Assembly (NCBI GenBank): GCA_045612185.1
Contig: JAZKYO010000108.1
Coordinates: forward strand, 3,352-67,351
Length of the DNA: 64,000 bases
Reading direction: 5' to 3'
Source of the DNA: Eubacteriales bacterium
GTDB lineage: Bacteria > Bacillota > Clostridia > Oscillospirales > CAG-272
The notes below the pieces were generated by a model. The model was not told where the DNA came from. It saw nothing but the letters and a program-made list of their open reading frames with translations, and did not search any database. Positions 1-8,651 of the stretch are shown here, piece after piece. The position numbers and the translations under genes were made by a program. Position 1 is the first letter of the stretch. Each line of letters opens with the position of its first letter.

Positions 1-917
1 AGCGCTACTACAAGGAAGTACATCCAAGACATCGCGGTACTTACAACCTGACCGTTAATCTGTCCGTACTGTGCCGAAATAAACGACATTACCTGGTTAT
101 CTACCGTAAAGGCGTCAATAATCGTATAAACCGCATTTACCAAAATCATCGGGCTTATCATAGGAAGCGTTATCTTCCAGAAAGTTTCCCAAGCAGTAGC
201 TCCGTCAATAGAGCAGGACTCATAGATTGCGGGCGAGATAGACTGAAGACCCGCAAGGAATATAAGCATCTGTACACCCGAACGGTTAACGATATTATAA
301 ATATCATTGATCATTGCGGCAACGTACTCAACGAGTTCGGTACCGACTTTCATGTTTGCAAACAGAGCTTCGATATCCATTGCGGATACGATTTCTGCCG
401 CAGCACTTGTTCCCGAACCGTCATCAATACCCTCTGCAGAATCCATGTAGTTACCGAGAATGTTCTGCGCCTCGATACCCTCCATAATACCTGTGGAAAG
501 AATAACGGGGATAAAGAATATTGCACGGAACACACCTCGTCCTGCCATGTTCTGGTTAAGCAACACAGCCATGAACAGCGAGAAGATAATAATTGCGGGA
601 ATGTCGAAGGCAAGATCTTGAAGACCGGAAATCAAGGTCTGAACAAAGCTTGCGTTGACAAACAGCGCTTCGTGATAGTTAGCAAAGCCAACCCAAGTCA
701 GAGAGAATCCTCCGCCCTGAAGGTTATTGATCTGGTTAAAGCTGAGATAAATTGAATCCCAGATTACGGGCAGGTAAATCAGAACAAGTCCGATTATAAA
801 AGGCATTACAAAGACCCAACCCGCACGCGCCTTTCTTCTGTCAAGAGAGGCTATCTTTTTCTTTTTCTTCTTTACCGGAACGTTTGGAGTTTCGGTAATG
901 TTTTCCTGATTTGTCAT
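1..917 (-). CDS. ABC transporter permease (carbohydrate type, MalF/LplB-like); its 3' end lies beyond the window start
   Basis: Absent from the ORF track because it runs off the edge. My translation from the ATG at 917-915 gives MTNQENITETPNVPVKKKKKKIASLDRRKARAGWVFVMPFIIGLVLIYLPVIWDSIYLSF..., followed by several hydrophobic spans. A GAGAGG-like RBS lies upstream. The gene starts 17 nt after the stop of 935..4558. Confidence 0.8.
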   Translation of the reverse strand, partial: MTNQENITETPNVPVKKKKKKIASLDRRKARAGWVFVMPFIIGLVLIYLPVIWDSIYLSFNQINNLQGGGFSLTWVGFANYHEALFVNASFVQTLISGLQDLAFDIPAIIIFSLFMAVLLNQNMAGRGVFRAIFFIPVILSTGIMEGIEAQNILGNYMDSAEGIDDGSGTSAAAEIVSAMDIEALFANMKVGTELVEYVAAMINDIYNIVNRSGVQMLIFLAGLQSISPAIYESCSIDGATAWETFWKITLPMISPMILVNAVYTIIDAFTVDNQVMSFISAQYGQINGQVVSTAMSWMYFLVVA

Positions 918-934
918 TTTAGTACCTCTCTTTC

Positions 935-3900
935 TCAGATTTTATCGTGGTCGATAGATACGAATCCGTATCTATCGATCTCGTATGTTTCGCCTTCATA
1001 CTCAACCTGAATAGCGAAATAGTTGTAGTTAAGGATAAACGTTCTGTAATCCTCACCGGGCTCACCGTAGGTTACAGCCACGATTGTTCCGTCATCAACA
1101 AGATATCTGCTGTTGATACCTGTTGTTTCTTCAACGGTTTCCTCTTCCTCTTCCTCAACAACCACTATACCGTCTGTGATAGCAAGGACGTTGTTATAAA
1201 CAGCCTCCGCAGCCACAACGAGTGCGTCTATTTGAGCACAAAGTGCCTTGGAAGGAGCAACGTTCAACTGGCAATCTGCGATAAACTGCGCAGAGTATGT
1301 GCCGTCAGCAATGAAATATGCGATAGACTCGTTGATTATACGGTCCTTATCATACACGGTTTCCTTAGCCTTGTTAATTGCATTATAGGAAGAAGCTACA
1401 GAATTCACAAATGCCGCATTGATACGCTCTCTTGTAGACTTAGCGGAACTTTCAAGAACTGTAACGTCATCGTCAGCGCCGGGATTTGCGATATTAGCCT
1501 CAATAGACTTAAGGCTTTCAACAAGAGCGGTGATAGTAGGAACAGCACCTTCGAGTCTGGAAAGCGCGGTTTCAGCACTGGTAATTGCGGAACCTGCTGT
1601 AGTAAGAGCAGTTGTTCTGGATTCAAGAAGCTCACGGCGAAGAGTTGCCGCAGCAAGCTCAGCCGCCTTCTTCTCTGCCTCTATGCGTGCTATCTCTTCA
1701 GCCTCAGCGTCAGCGACAAGCTCATCCTCATCGGGAATTCTCTGACCTACAAGCATCACGTGGTTAGTGATAAGCTTATCCTGAAGGTCATGAGTAACGT
1801 CGTTAAGTCTATGATATACGTCAACAAGCTGACCTGCCTCAAACTCGCCGTTTTCATTGTAGCTACCTGCCCAGATATCATATCTTACAGAGTAGTACTG
1901 GCTGAGGAACACGTCCTCTTTAAGAACAGTAGCGTTGTCGTACGAAAGCACGAAGTAGATGGATGCGCCGTTTTCTATTGCCTTAAGAATACCGTACTGG
2001 ATATTTCCTTCCATGTTGATGGGGCTTCCGGTATACTGAACGTATCCGTGAAGAACCATGCCCGTGAAAGGAATGGTATTACTTGCGGAGAGGTAACGGC
2101 TGGAATCGATGGGCATATCAAGAATGTAGTCAACGTACTGCCACGTATAGGCATTACCGCCGTTGGTCATTACGTTTCCGTAGGTATCGGAAAGATCCTT
2201 GAACGTCTGGATTGTAAACTCCTTAGAGTCCTCACGATTGTAGGGTTCGTCCTCATCAAAGTCGGAGTTAAGGTCTGTACCTATTGTTGCGACTGAGATA
2301 TTAAGATCTGTGCCCGAACCGTCGGCACTGTACTCAAGGTATTTATCAGCAAGCTTATTATAGAATCTGCTGAAGTAAGCAGGCGAAAGTGCAAGACCGC
2401 CGTCCTGAACCTGAGTCTGGTAGGTGGCGCTATAAGATGACTTTCCTATATAACGGTCGTCAATTGTCTTAACGGCGTGCTTCTTAAGAGAAAGTCCGTC
2501 AAACGCACCGATGTTGTTTACGTAAGCAAAGTCAAAGTCGGGGAAAATACCAAGGTTGTTTCCGTCTGTGGAAGAAACCTTATTGATGTTGTTAGCAAAT
2601 TCAAGAAGCTCCTTAAAGCCGTTCTTTCCGCCAACAGCCTTTTCCCACTTAAGTCCGTAAGGAACCGTGGAATACATTCCTCCGTTCGCATAACCTGTGA
2701 GCTTAAGGTTGATATTTGTAATATCAACACCTGCCTGCGAAAGATCCTTGTAGATCTGCTGGATATCCTCAAAGGTTGTAAGAGGAGTCATTACGTTTAC
2801 GGGAACAGAAAGTACTTTCTCGATAGTCTCTACTGTACCGAAGGTTTCAAGATACAGAGGAATCTGACTCTCAAACTTATCGGCAGCGATTCTCTCAAGA
2901 ACTGTGGTCTGGTTAGACGCGCTTTCGTTCTGTGTTCCTGTGGAATAGGGGCTGGTAAGGTAATCACGGTATGCGTAAGCCATACCTGTGTAATCAGCGG
3001 GATAGTAATCAGTAATTCCCTTTTCTGCCGCTACTGCGTCATCGGTAAGCATAATGTAACGCACCTTATAGTTTCCAAGATACTTTCTATCCGAAACAAC
3101 TGTCCAGGTAGAGTTACTTCCTACCGAGATAGAATCCGCGATATTGTACGTATCGGAAGGTCTGGGGTTAACCGAAAGCTGAACCGAGTGATACTCGCCC
3201 TTTGTTCCCAAGTGTGTAGACTTGATTTCGGCAAGAGCGTCACCCTCTTCGATAATTGCGAAGAAGCCGCTTGTTGTGGGAGTTTCATTCTCCACGATAG
3301 AGTACGTACCTGTTGCGCTCTTCTCGTAGACGTATGTATTATCCTTAACAACGCCGAAAATAGGCATTTTGAAAACTTCCTGGTACTTACTTGTTATAGT
3401 ATGATACGCGAAGTCATCACCGTAGATTTTACCGCCAACGGTAGTCATACCGGAATTGGCGAGGTCCTCAAATCTAAAGATCGCACCCGATCCGTCGGGA
3501 ATGAATGTATAACCCTGATTGGGACGTGCGGTACTGTACTGACCTGCTCCCATAAAGGGAAGGATTGAAATGTAAGAAAGCTGGTAGATAGACTCATCGA
3601 AACGGATACCGTTTGCGGGAAGAGTTACCGTAACTCCCATATCGTCAAGAATGTACTCAAGAGCCATCTTGAACACAGCGGGGTTCTGGTCTTCGCTTTC
3701 ATACTCTGTCTCGGTATGGTCCATATCGAGTTCCTCGTAGGTATACGCGGGACAGTGGGTTTTAATAAGTTCCTCAAGCATCTGAAGCTCTGCGGGAGCG
3801 ATATTGACGTCGATCATGTATACCGCGCCGAGCGTTGCCGTAATCGGAACCTCATTGTAAAGGTCGGCAAGAGCTCTGTCAGACGTCATCTTTGAGGGAT

Positions 3901-4558
3901 CTCTGAGCGTAAACAGAGACATGAACTTATTATTAAGAGTGAACTTCCAGTTTCTGTCACCGCTTGCCTCAAGTCCTGCTGCAAGAGGTTCGTAAATCTG
4001 AGTTCTGAAGCGCTCCTCAGTAATAAGTCTGGGAACGAGGTACTTTGTTTCCTCACGACCGATGGTATACTCAACACGCATACCGTTTTTAATGCTCTTA
4101 ACCTTAATCTGGTTATTCTTAGCGGCATCGGTATAGCTTGTGAATACGTTTGTACCTGTAAGCTCGTTTCCTGTATATCCTACGATAATCTGGGAAAGAA
4201 GCTCTGCCTTTACGGAAGCGGCAGCGGTACTGAGTCCAACGTCATAGGGGTTAGTCAGGAGAAGTTCTCCCGTTTTGGTATTTTTAACAGCTACCTCACC
4301 GGTAAACTCGTTAATCCAAAGCTGATAGTCGCCTTTTTCAAAGCGCATCGTCATTGTAGCGAGCTTTTCCTCAGCTGTGTAGTACACCTGAGTAAGGTAG
4401 TCTATTTTGGAAAGATCGATCTCTTCAACAGTTGTATCGGTTGTAGCGGTATCCGCTGTTTCCTCAGCGGACGTCTGCAACACGAACAGACCGGACAATG
4501 AACCGAGCAGCATGCAAACAGTCAAGAGCGTCGATATTATTCTTTTTGTAAATTTCAT
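935..4558 (-). CDS. Large secreted protein (1207 aa) of unknown function; possibly glycoside-hydrolase-like or DUF5696-like, with a C-terminal Ala/Glu-rich helical insertion
   Basis: N-terminal signal peptide MKFTKRIISTLLTVCMLLGSLSGLFVLQTSA|EE, with a GGAG RBS upstream. The body carries blocks such as GYTFIPDGSGAIFRFEDL, IPLYLETFGTVE and FPDFDFAYV. The tail is helical (AEAEEIARIEAEKKAAELAAATLRRELL...) and ends with a VVVEEEEEETVEE run. The family assignment is from memory only. Confidence 0.75.
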   Translation of the reverse strand: MKFTKRIISTLLTVCMLLGSLSGLFVLQTSAEETADTATTDTTVEEIDLSKIDYLTQVYYTAEEKLATMTMRFEKGDYQLWINEFTGEVAVKNTKTGELLLTNPYDVGLSTAAASVKAELLSQIIVGYTGNELTGTNVFTSYTDAAKNNQIKVKSIKNGMRVEYTIGREETKYLVPRLITEERFRTQIYEPLAAGLEASGDRNWKFTLNNKFMSLFTLRDPSKMTSDRALADLYNEVPITATLGAVYMIDVNIAPAELQMLEELIKTHCPAYTYEELDMDHTETEYESEDQNPAVFKMALEYILDDMGVTVTLPANGIRFDESIYQLSYISILPFMGAGQYSTARPNQGYTFIPDGSGAIFRFEDLANSGMTTVGGKIYGDDFAYHTITSKYQEVFKMPIFGVVKDNTYVYEKSATGTYSIVENETPTTSGFFAIIEEGDALAEIKSTHLGTKGEYHSVQLSVNPRPSDTYNIADSISVGSNSTWTVVSDRKYLGNYKVRYIMLTDDAVAAEKGITDYYPADYTGMAYAYRDYLTSPYSTGTQNESASNQTTVLERIAADKFESQIPLYLETFGTVETIEKVLSVPVNVMTPLTTFEDIQQIYKDLSQAGVDITNINLKLTGYANGGMYSTVPYGLKWEKAVGGKNGFKELLEFANNINKVSSTDGNNLGIFPDFDFAYVNNIGAFDGLSLKKHAVKTIDDRYIGKSSYSATYQTQVQDGGLALSPAYFSRFYNKLADKYLEYSADGSGTDLNISVATIGTDLNSDFDEDEPYNREDSKEFTIQTFKDLSDTYGNVMTNGGNAYTWQYVDYILDMPIDSSRYLSASNTIPFTGMVLHGYVQYTGSPINMEGNIQYGILKAIENGASIYFVLSYDNATVLKEDVFLSQYYSVRYDIWAGSYNENGEFEAGQLVDVYHRLNDVTHDLQDKLITNHVMLVGQRIPDEDELVADAEAEEIARIEAEKKAAELAAATLRRELLESRTTALTTAGSAITSAETALSRLEGAVPTITALVESLKSIEANIANPGADDDVTVLESSAKSTRERINAAFVNSVASSYNAINKAKETVYDKDRIINESIAYFIADGTYSAQFIADCQLNVAPSKALCAQIDALVVAAEAVYNNVLAITDGIVVVEEEEEETVEETTGINSRYLVDDGTIVAVTYGEPGEDYRTFILNYNYFAIQVEYEGETYEIDRYGFVSIDHDKI

Positions 4559-4583
4559 TCTATCAATCTCCTTTTCTGTTATT

Positions 4584-6767
4584 TTACAGTCGGTATCCGA
4601 TTTCGATAAAGATATTGGAAATAAATCCGACGATCTTACCGAGAAGTGTTGTAAACAAGAGTGCGATGAACATAATGAATACCATTCCGACGATAGAGCC
4701 GATTACGGTAATTATGTTCTTACCAAGCGAATAGTCGTGTGTAACCTGAACACCGAACAGAATAAGGAATCCTGCCCAGATGAACGCCAACGAGATGAAG
4801 AGGTTTACGATATCCATTTCGCTACCCGTTACCATATTGGAAACGATAGTCATAGGAATTATGAACAAAGGAAGGGGGATAAGCGCGTAAGATGTTGCCA
4901 CAAACACGTCCTTAAAGCTTCCTTCACCTTCAAACAGTGTGGTAAGACACCAGTTTGCGATTACGAACAGCATTACGGGCATTACAACACCGATAAGCTG
5001 AACGAAAATTGTGGAATACTGACCCTGAGGATTGAAAAGGTAACCCTGACCGATTGCCTGATAGTAGAAAGCAACAACGGTAACCGCGATATAAACAAGT
5101 GCGGCACGGACAGATCCTCTCTTTTCATGCTTCAAATCCCAGAATCCGTCAAAGGGATGGGTCATAAGATGGAAGCCGAAGAGAAGCTCTTTACCGAAGG
5201 TAATCTTTTCACCCGACGTAGCAGCTCTGATATTGATCTTGGAAATCTTCTTAGACAACCATCCGAAGAGAACGCAAATTGCGATAATCGCGATGGGTAT
5301 AAGCACGAAAATATTTTCAATCGTCTGCTTACGTATTTCGGCATAAGCAATTGAGTAGTTGTCGGTATCGTAAGCGGCTTTGTAGTGCTCGATAGCAGCC
5401 TCGTACTGACCGCTTCTGTAAAGAGCCTGACCTATACCGATATACGCGGCGTCAAAGTTAGAGTTTCTCATAAGAATCTCTGTCCAGTTATCTATAGCCT
5501 TATCGTATTCACGGTTAATCTGGTCTGTAACAGCCTGGTAAAGGATATCACCGTACTCTGTTCTCTCGTATACTGTAATACTCTTACTTGTACCAGAGTC
5601 AAGAACGAGAAGCTTTTCGCCCTGATACGCAAGAGCCTTAATGGTACTTACGTTACCAAGCTGAAGATTACCTCTGTCACCGAAAGCGAAGAGAAGATTA
5701 CCTTCGTTATCGTACGTAAATACTTTACTACGCTTTGTATCGGATATAGACCAAGTTCCCGATTCACCTACCGCAACGTCACCTACCGTGGAAACGCCCT
5801 TGATAGCGTTGGGGTCGTGGCTTGCGTTGGTAAATGCTATCTCACCTACGGGAGGATAGAAACCGTTACGTCTCATGATTTCGCTACCTGCGTTGTTAAG
5901 GAGCTTAACCTGAGAGTTTGATGCGGATCCGGTTTTACTTCTGATTGCAGACTCAACCTTAGCGGTGTCAATTTTATCAGAGGAAGCGTAAACGAAGCCG
6001 TCATCGGTTACCGTAATGTTACTGAAGGTTACGGGAACGAAGATAGTAGAAAGCTTTTTCTGCTCGTCAGTCTGGAATCGTCTCCAGATAATCTGCCAAA
6101 GCGAAATACTTACTTCCTGAGCACCGATAAATCCGGTAAATTCACCATCCTCGGTAAGAACGATAATACCCTGCGTTGTCTGAGAAGATACAACGTAAAT
6201 TCTGTTGTACTGGTCAACGGCAACAGCTACGGGGTAATAAACCGATCCTTCCTCGAAAAGTTCTGATTCGGGTGCATCAAGAACATAAAGGAAATTACCG
6301 CTGCGGTCAAATACTACGATACGGTATTTCTGAGTATCGCACACGTAGATTCTTCCCTCTTCAACAATATCGCCGTAACCGTTATACTTATTATCGGTTA
6401 CGTAAACGCCTCTGGGAGAAGCAAAGCTATCGGGTGCTCCAATTTCATTGGTAAATCCTGAGATTGTGAACTTATGCTTATAGTATCTGTCCAACACGAT
6501 TACCGAGTTAGAACCGGCATCAGCGATGTACACGTTAAGGTCATCATCGACAACCATATCGTAGGGATCGGAGATAGTAGCCCCTTCGGGAAGTCCCATA
6601 TAGGAAGAATTATATGTACCTACGGGAATATACGCATCGGGAGAATACAAGGGGTCTCCATTAATGGAGTAGGTATAAGTCTGGAACGAGTTGAATGCTC
6701 CAACCGGTACGGAAAGCAGCATTATGAGGGCAAATGCCAAAACTAAAATTTTTACTGATTTTTTCAT
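4584..6767 (-). CDS. Membrane protein with an extracytoplasmic NHL-repeat beta-propeller, a TPR segment and a C-terminal Yip1-type multi-pass domain
   Basis: Signal peptide MKKSVKILVLAFALIMLLSVPVGA. NHL-like repeats include IYVADAGSNSVIVLD, IYVCDTQKYRIVVFDRSGNF and IYVVSS. A TPR-like segment reads AAYIGIGQALYRSGQYEAAIEHYKAAYD. A TM helix follows, then HPFDGFWDLKHEKRGS plus about 5 TM helices typical of bacterial Yip1 domains. An AGGAGG RBS is present. Confidence 0.8.
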   Translation of the reverse strand: MKKSVKILVLAFALIMLLSVPVGAFNSFQTYTYSINGDPLYSPDAYIPVGTYNSSYMGLPEGATISDPYDMVVDDDLNVYIADAGSNSVIVLDRYYKHKFTISGFTNEIGAPDSFASPRGVYVTDNKYNGYGDIVEEGRIYVCDTQKYRIVVFDRSGNFLYVLDAPESELFEEGSVYYPVAVAVDQYNRIYVVSSQTTQGIIVLTEDGEFTGFIGAQEVSISLWQIIWRRFQTDEQKKLSTIFVPVTFSNITVTDDGFVYASSDKIDTAKVESAIRSKTGSASNSQVKLLNNAGSEIMRRNGFYPPVGEIAFTNASHDPNAIKGVSTVGDVAVGESGTWSISDTKRSKVFTYDNEGNLLFAFGDRGNLQLGNVSTIKALAYQGEKLLVLDSGTSKSITVYERTEYGDILYQAVTDQINREYDKAIDNWTEILMRNSNFDAAYIGIGQALYRSGQYEAAIEHYKAAYDTDNYSIAYAEIRKQTIENIFVLIPIAIIAICVLFGWLSKKISKINIRAATSGEKITFGKELLFGFHLMTHPFDGFWDLKHEKRGSVRAALVYIAVTVVAFYYQAIGQGYLFNPQGQYSTIFVQLIGVVMPVMLFVIANWCLTTLFEGEGSFKDVFVATSYALIPLPLFIIPMTIVSNMVTGSEMDIVNLFISLAFIWAGFLILFGVQVTHDYSLGKNIITVIGSIVGMVFIMFIALLFTTLLGKIVGFISNIFIEIGYRL

Positions 6768-6779
6768 TTGCTACCTCCT

Positions 6780-7652
6780 TTAGTCCTTCATACCGCTGGA
6801 ACCCATTGTCTCAATAATGTTCGACTGAGAAATGACGAATACTATAATAGGTACCATCATCATAATAACCGTCGAAGCCGCGCCCGCGCCCGCACGCTTA
6901 ATACCACCTGCCATAACCTGCTGGATAGCATAGTTGAAGGATTTAAGCTGCTCGGACTGGATATATACAGACGCTCCTGCGTTCCAAAGGTCCTTAAACG
7001 AGTAAATAATAAGTGTAAGCCAAGCGGGCTTAACCATGGGCATTGCTATTGTCCAATAGGTTCTAAGCTCGCTCGCACCGTCAAGACGTGCGCTTTCAAG
7101 CACCGCGTCGGTAACGTTGGTCTCCATGAACTGCTTCATAAGATAAAGACCAAGGGACGTTGCCCATGCGGGAATGATTCTTGACCAATATGTATCGATC
7201 CAACCAAGCTTACTCATGATAAGGAAGCTGGTGATAGCGGTAACTGTTGCGTGGAACATAAGAGAAGTTCTTACAAGTTTGAACATTCCCTTTCCGCCCG
7301 GGAACTTGATCTTAGCCATTGCGTATGCCGCAAGAGACGAGAAGAAAAGGTTACCGGTTGTACCGACGATAGATACGAATACTGTGTTGAATATGTATCT
7401 GGAGAAAGGCACCAGCGACGTATTCATAAGTGTAAACAGATCTGTAAAGTTTTTAAGTGTGGGGTTTACAACGAAGAATCTCGGGGGGAACATCCAAAGC
7501 TCGTCAAGAGGCTTCAACGACTGGCTTATAACGTAAACCATGGGAAGGAACATGAAGAGTCCGAGGATACCGAGTACAAAGGTAATACCCGCGTCACCGC
7601 CGCGAGAACGGTTAAGTACGACTTTATGATTTCTTGTTCTTAATTTTGCCAT
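6780..7652 (-). CDS. Carbohydrate ABC transporter permease (MalG-type)
   Basis: 290 aa and multi-TM. Its length and topology, with a conserved cytoplasmic loop region, resemble binding-protein-dependent transport inner-membrane components. It lies 1 nt downstream of the preceding permease. Confidence 0.9.
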   Translation of the reverse strand: MAKLRTRNHKVVLNRSRGGDAGITFVLGILGLFMFLPMVYVISQSLKPLDELWMFPPRFFVVNPTLKNFTDLFTLMNTSLVPFSRYIFNTVFVSIVGTTGNLFFSSLAAYAMAKIKFPGGKGMFKLVRTSLMFHATVTAITSFLIMSKLGWIDTYWSRIIPAWATSLGLYLMKQFMETNVTDAVLESARLDGASELRTYWTIAMPMVKPAWLTLIIYSFKDLWNAGASVYIQSEQLKSFNYAIQQVMAGGIKRAGAGAASTVIMMMVPIIVFVISQSNIIETMGSSGMKD

Positions 7653-7653
7653 A

Positions 7654-8601
7654 TTACGTACCTACCTTTGCAATAATATTCTTTACAAGCATATTGGAGC
7701 CTACCATTACAAGGAACAGGATAACCGCAATAGCCGAAGAATAACCTATCTCGAAACGCTGTCCGCCGTAGTCGTCAAGGTGGTGCATTATCGTATGCGC
7801 CGCATAGTCAACCGACGGGAATCCACAAAGTGCTGTAACGACACCGCCGAAGCCGAACGCGCCGGTAATAGCCATGATAGCACCGAACATAAGCTGAGGT
7901 CCCATATTGGGAAGTGTGATATACCAAAGCTCCTGCCATCTGTTCTTAACGCCGTCAACCGCGCCTGCCTCAAACTGAGACTTATCTACGCCCTGAAGAC
8001 CTGCGATGAACGCAAGGAAGGACGTACCAAGCGAGGTCCAAAGTGCAACCACGATACACAAAGGCATTACGTAGGATGCGTTCTGAAAGAACTGAATAGG
8101 CTCTGTTACAAGTCCCATTTCAAGAAGTTTGGAGTTTACCCAACCGTAAGCGTCACCCGAGAAGAGGGTCTGCCAGATAAGGTAAACCTGACCCGAAATG
8201 GAGGGAGCGTAGAATACAAGAGTAACCACAGCTCTGATTTTGGGAGGAAGCTCGTTGATAAACCAAGCAACCAGGAAAGACATAAGGTAGGATACAGGAC
8301 CTACTATGATAGCGAAAATAAATGTATTCTTAACCGCTGTGAGGAATATGTCGTCATCAAGGAAGAGACGCACATAGTTGTCAACGAACACAAAGTTCGG
8401 CCACTCAAGCAAGTTAAAGTCCGTAAAGCTGAACACGATTGACAGTACAACCGGCGCGATGGTGAACAAGGTGAAAATGAGCATAAAGGGAGCGACCATT
8501 ACATATGCTACCCAGTTGCGCTTCATTTCCTTCCAAGTCCACTGCGCCATTGTCATGTCTTTACGCGAAACAGCTTTCTTTTCTGCTGTTTTCTTTGACA
8601 T
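7654..8601 (-). CDS. Sugar ABC transporter permease (MalF-type)
   Basis: 315 aa. The N-terminus KEMKRNWVAYVMVAPFMLIFTLFTIAPVVLSIVFSFTDF is typical of CUT1-family permeases, and the protein has 6 TM segments. Confidence 0.9.
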   Translation of the reverse strand: MSKKTAEKKAVSRKDMTMAQWTWKEMKRNWVAYVMVAPFMLIFTLFTIAPVVLSIVFSFTDFNLLEWPNFVFVDNYVRLFLDDDIFLTAVKNTFIFAIIVGPVSYLMSFLVAWFINELPPKIRAVVTLVFYAPSISGQVYLIWQTLFSGDAYGWVNSKLLEMGLVTEPIQFFQNASYVMPLCIVVALWTSLGTSFLAFIAGLQGVDKSQFEAGAVDGVKNRWQELWYITLPNMGPQLMFGAIMAITGAFGFGGVVTALCGFPSVDYAAHTIMHHLDDYGGQRFEIGYSSAIAVILFLVMVGSNMLVKNIIAKVGT

Positions 8602-8651
8602 TACTTTTCTCCTTAATTAATAGAATAGATTTTTATTTCTGATTAAGCAAA

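Noticed and set aside
1141-1170. A GAGGAAGAGGAAGAGGAA-type DNA repeat.
   Set aside because: It is simply the coding sequence of the poly-Glu run (EEEEEE) in the 1207-aa protein, not an independent repeat element.
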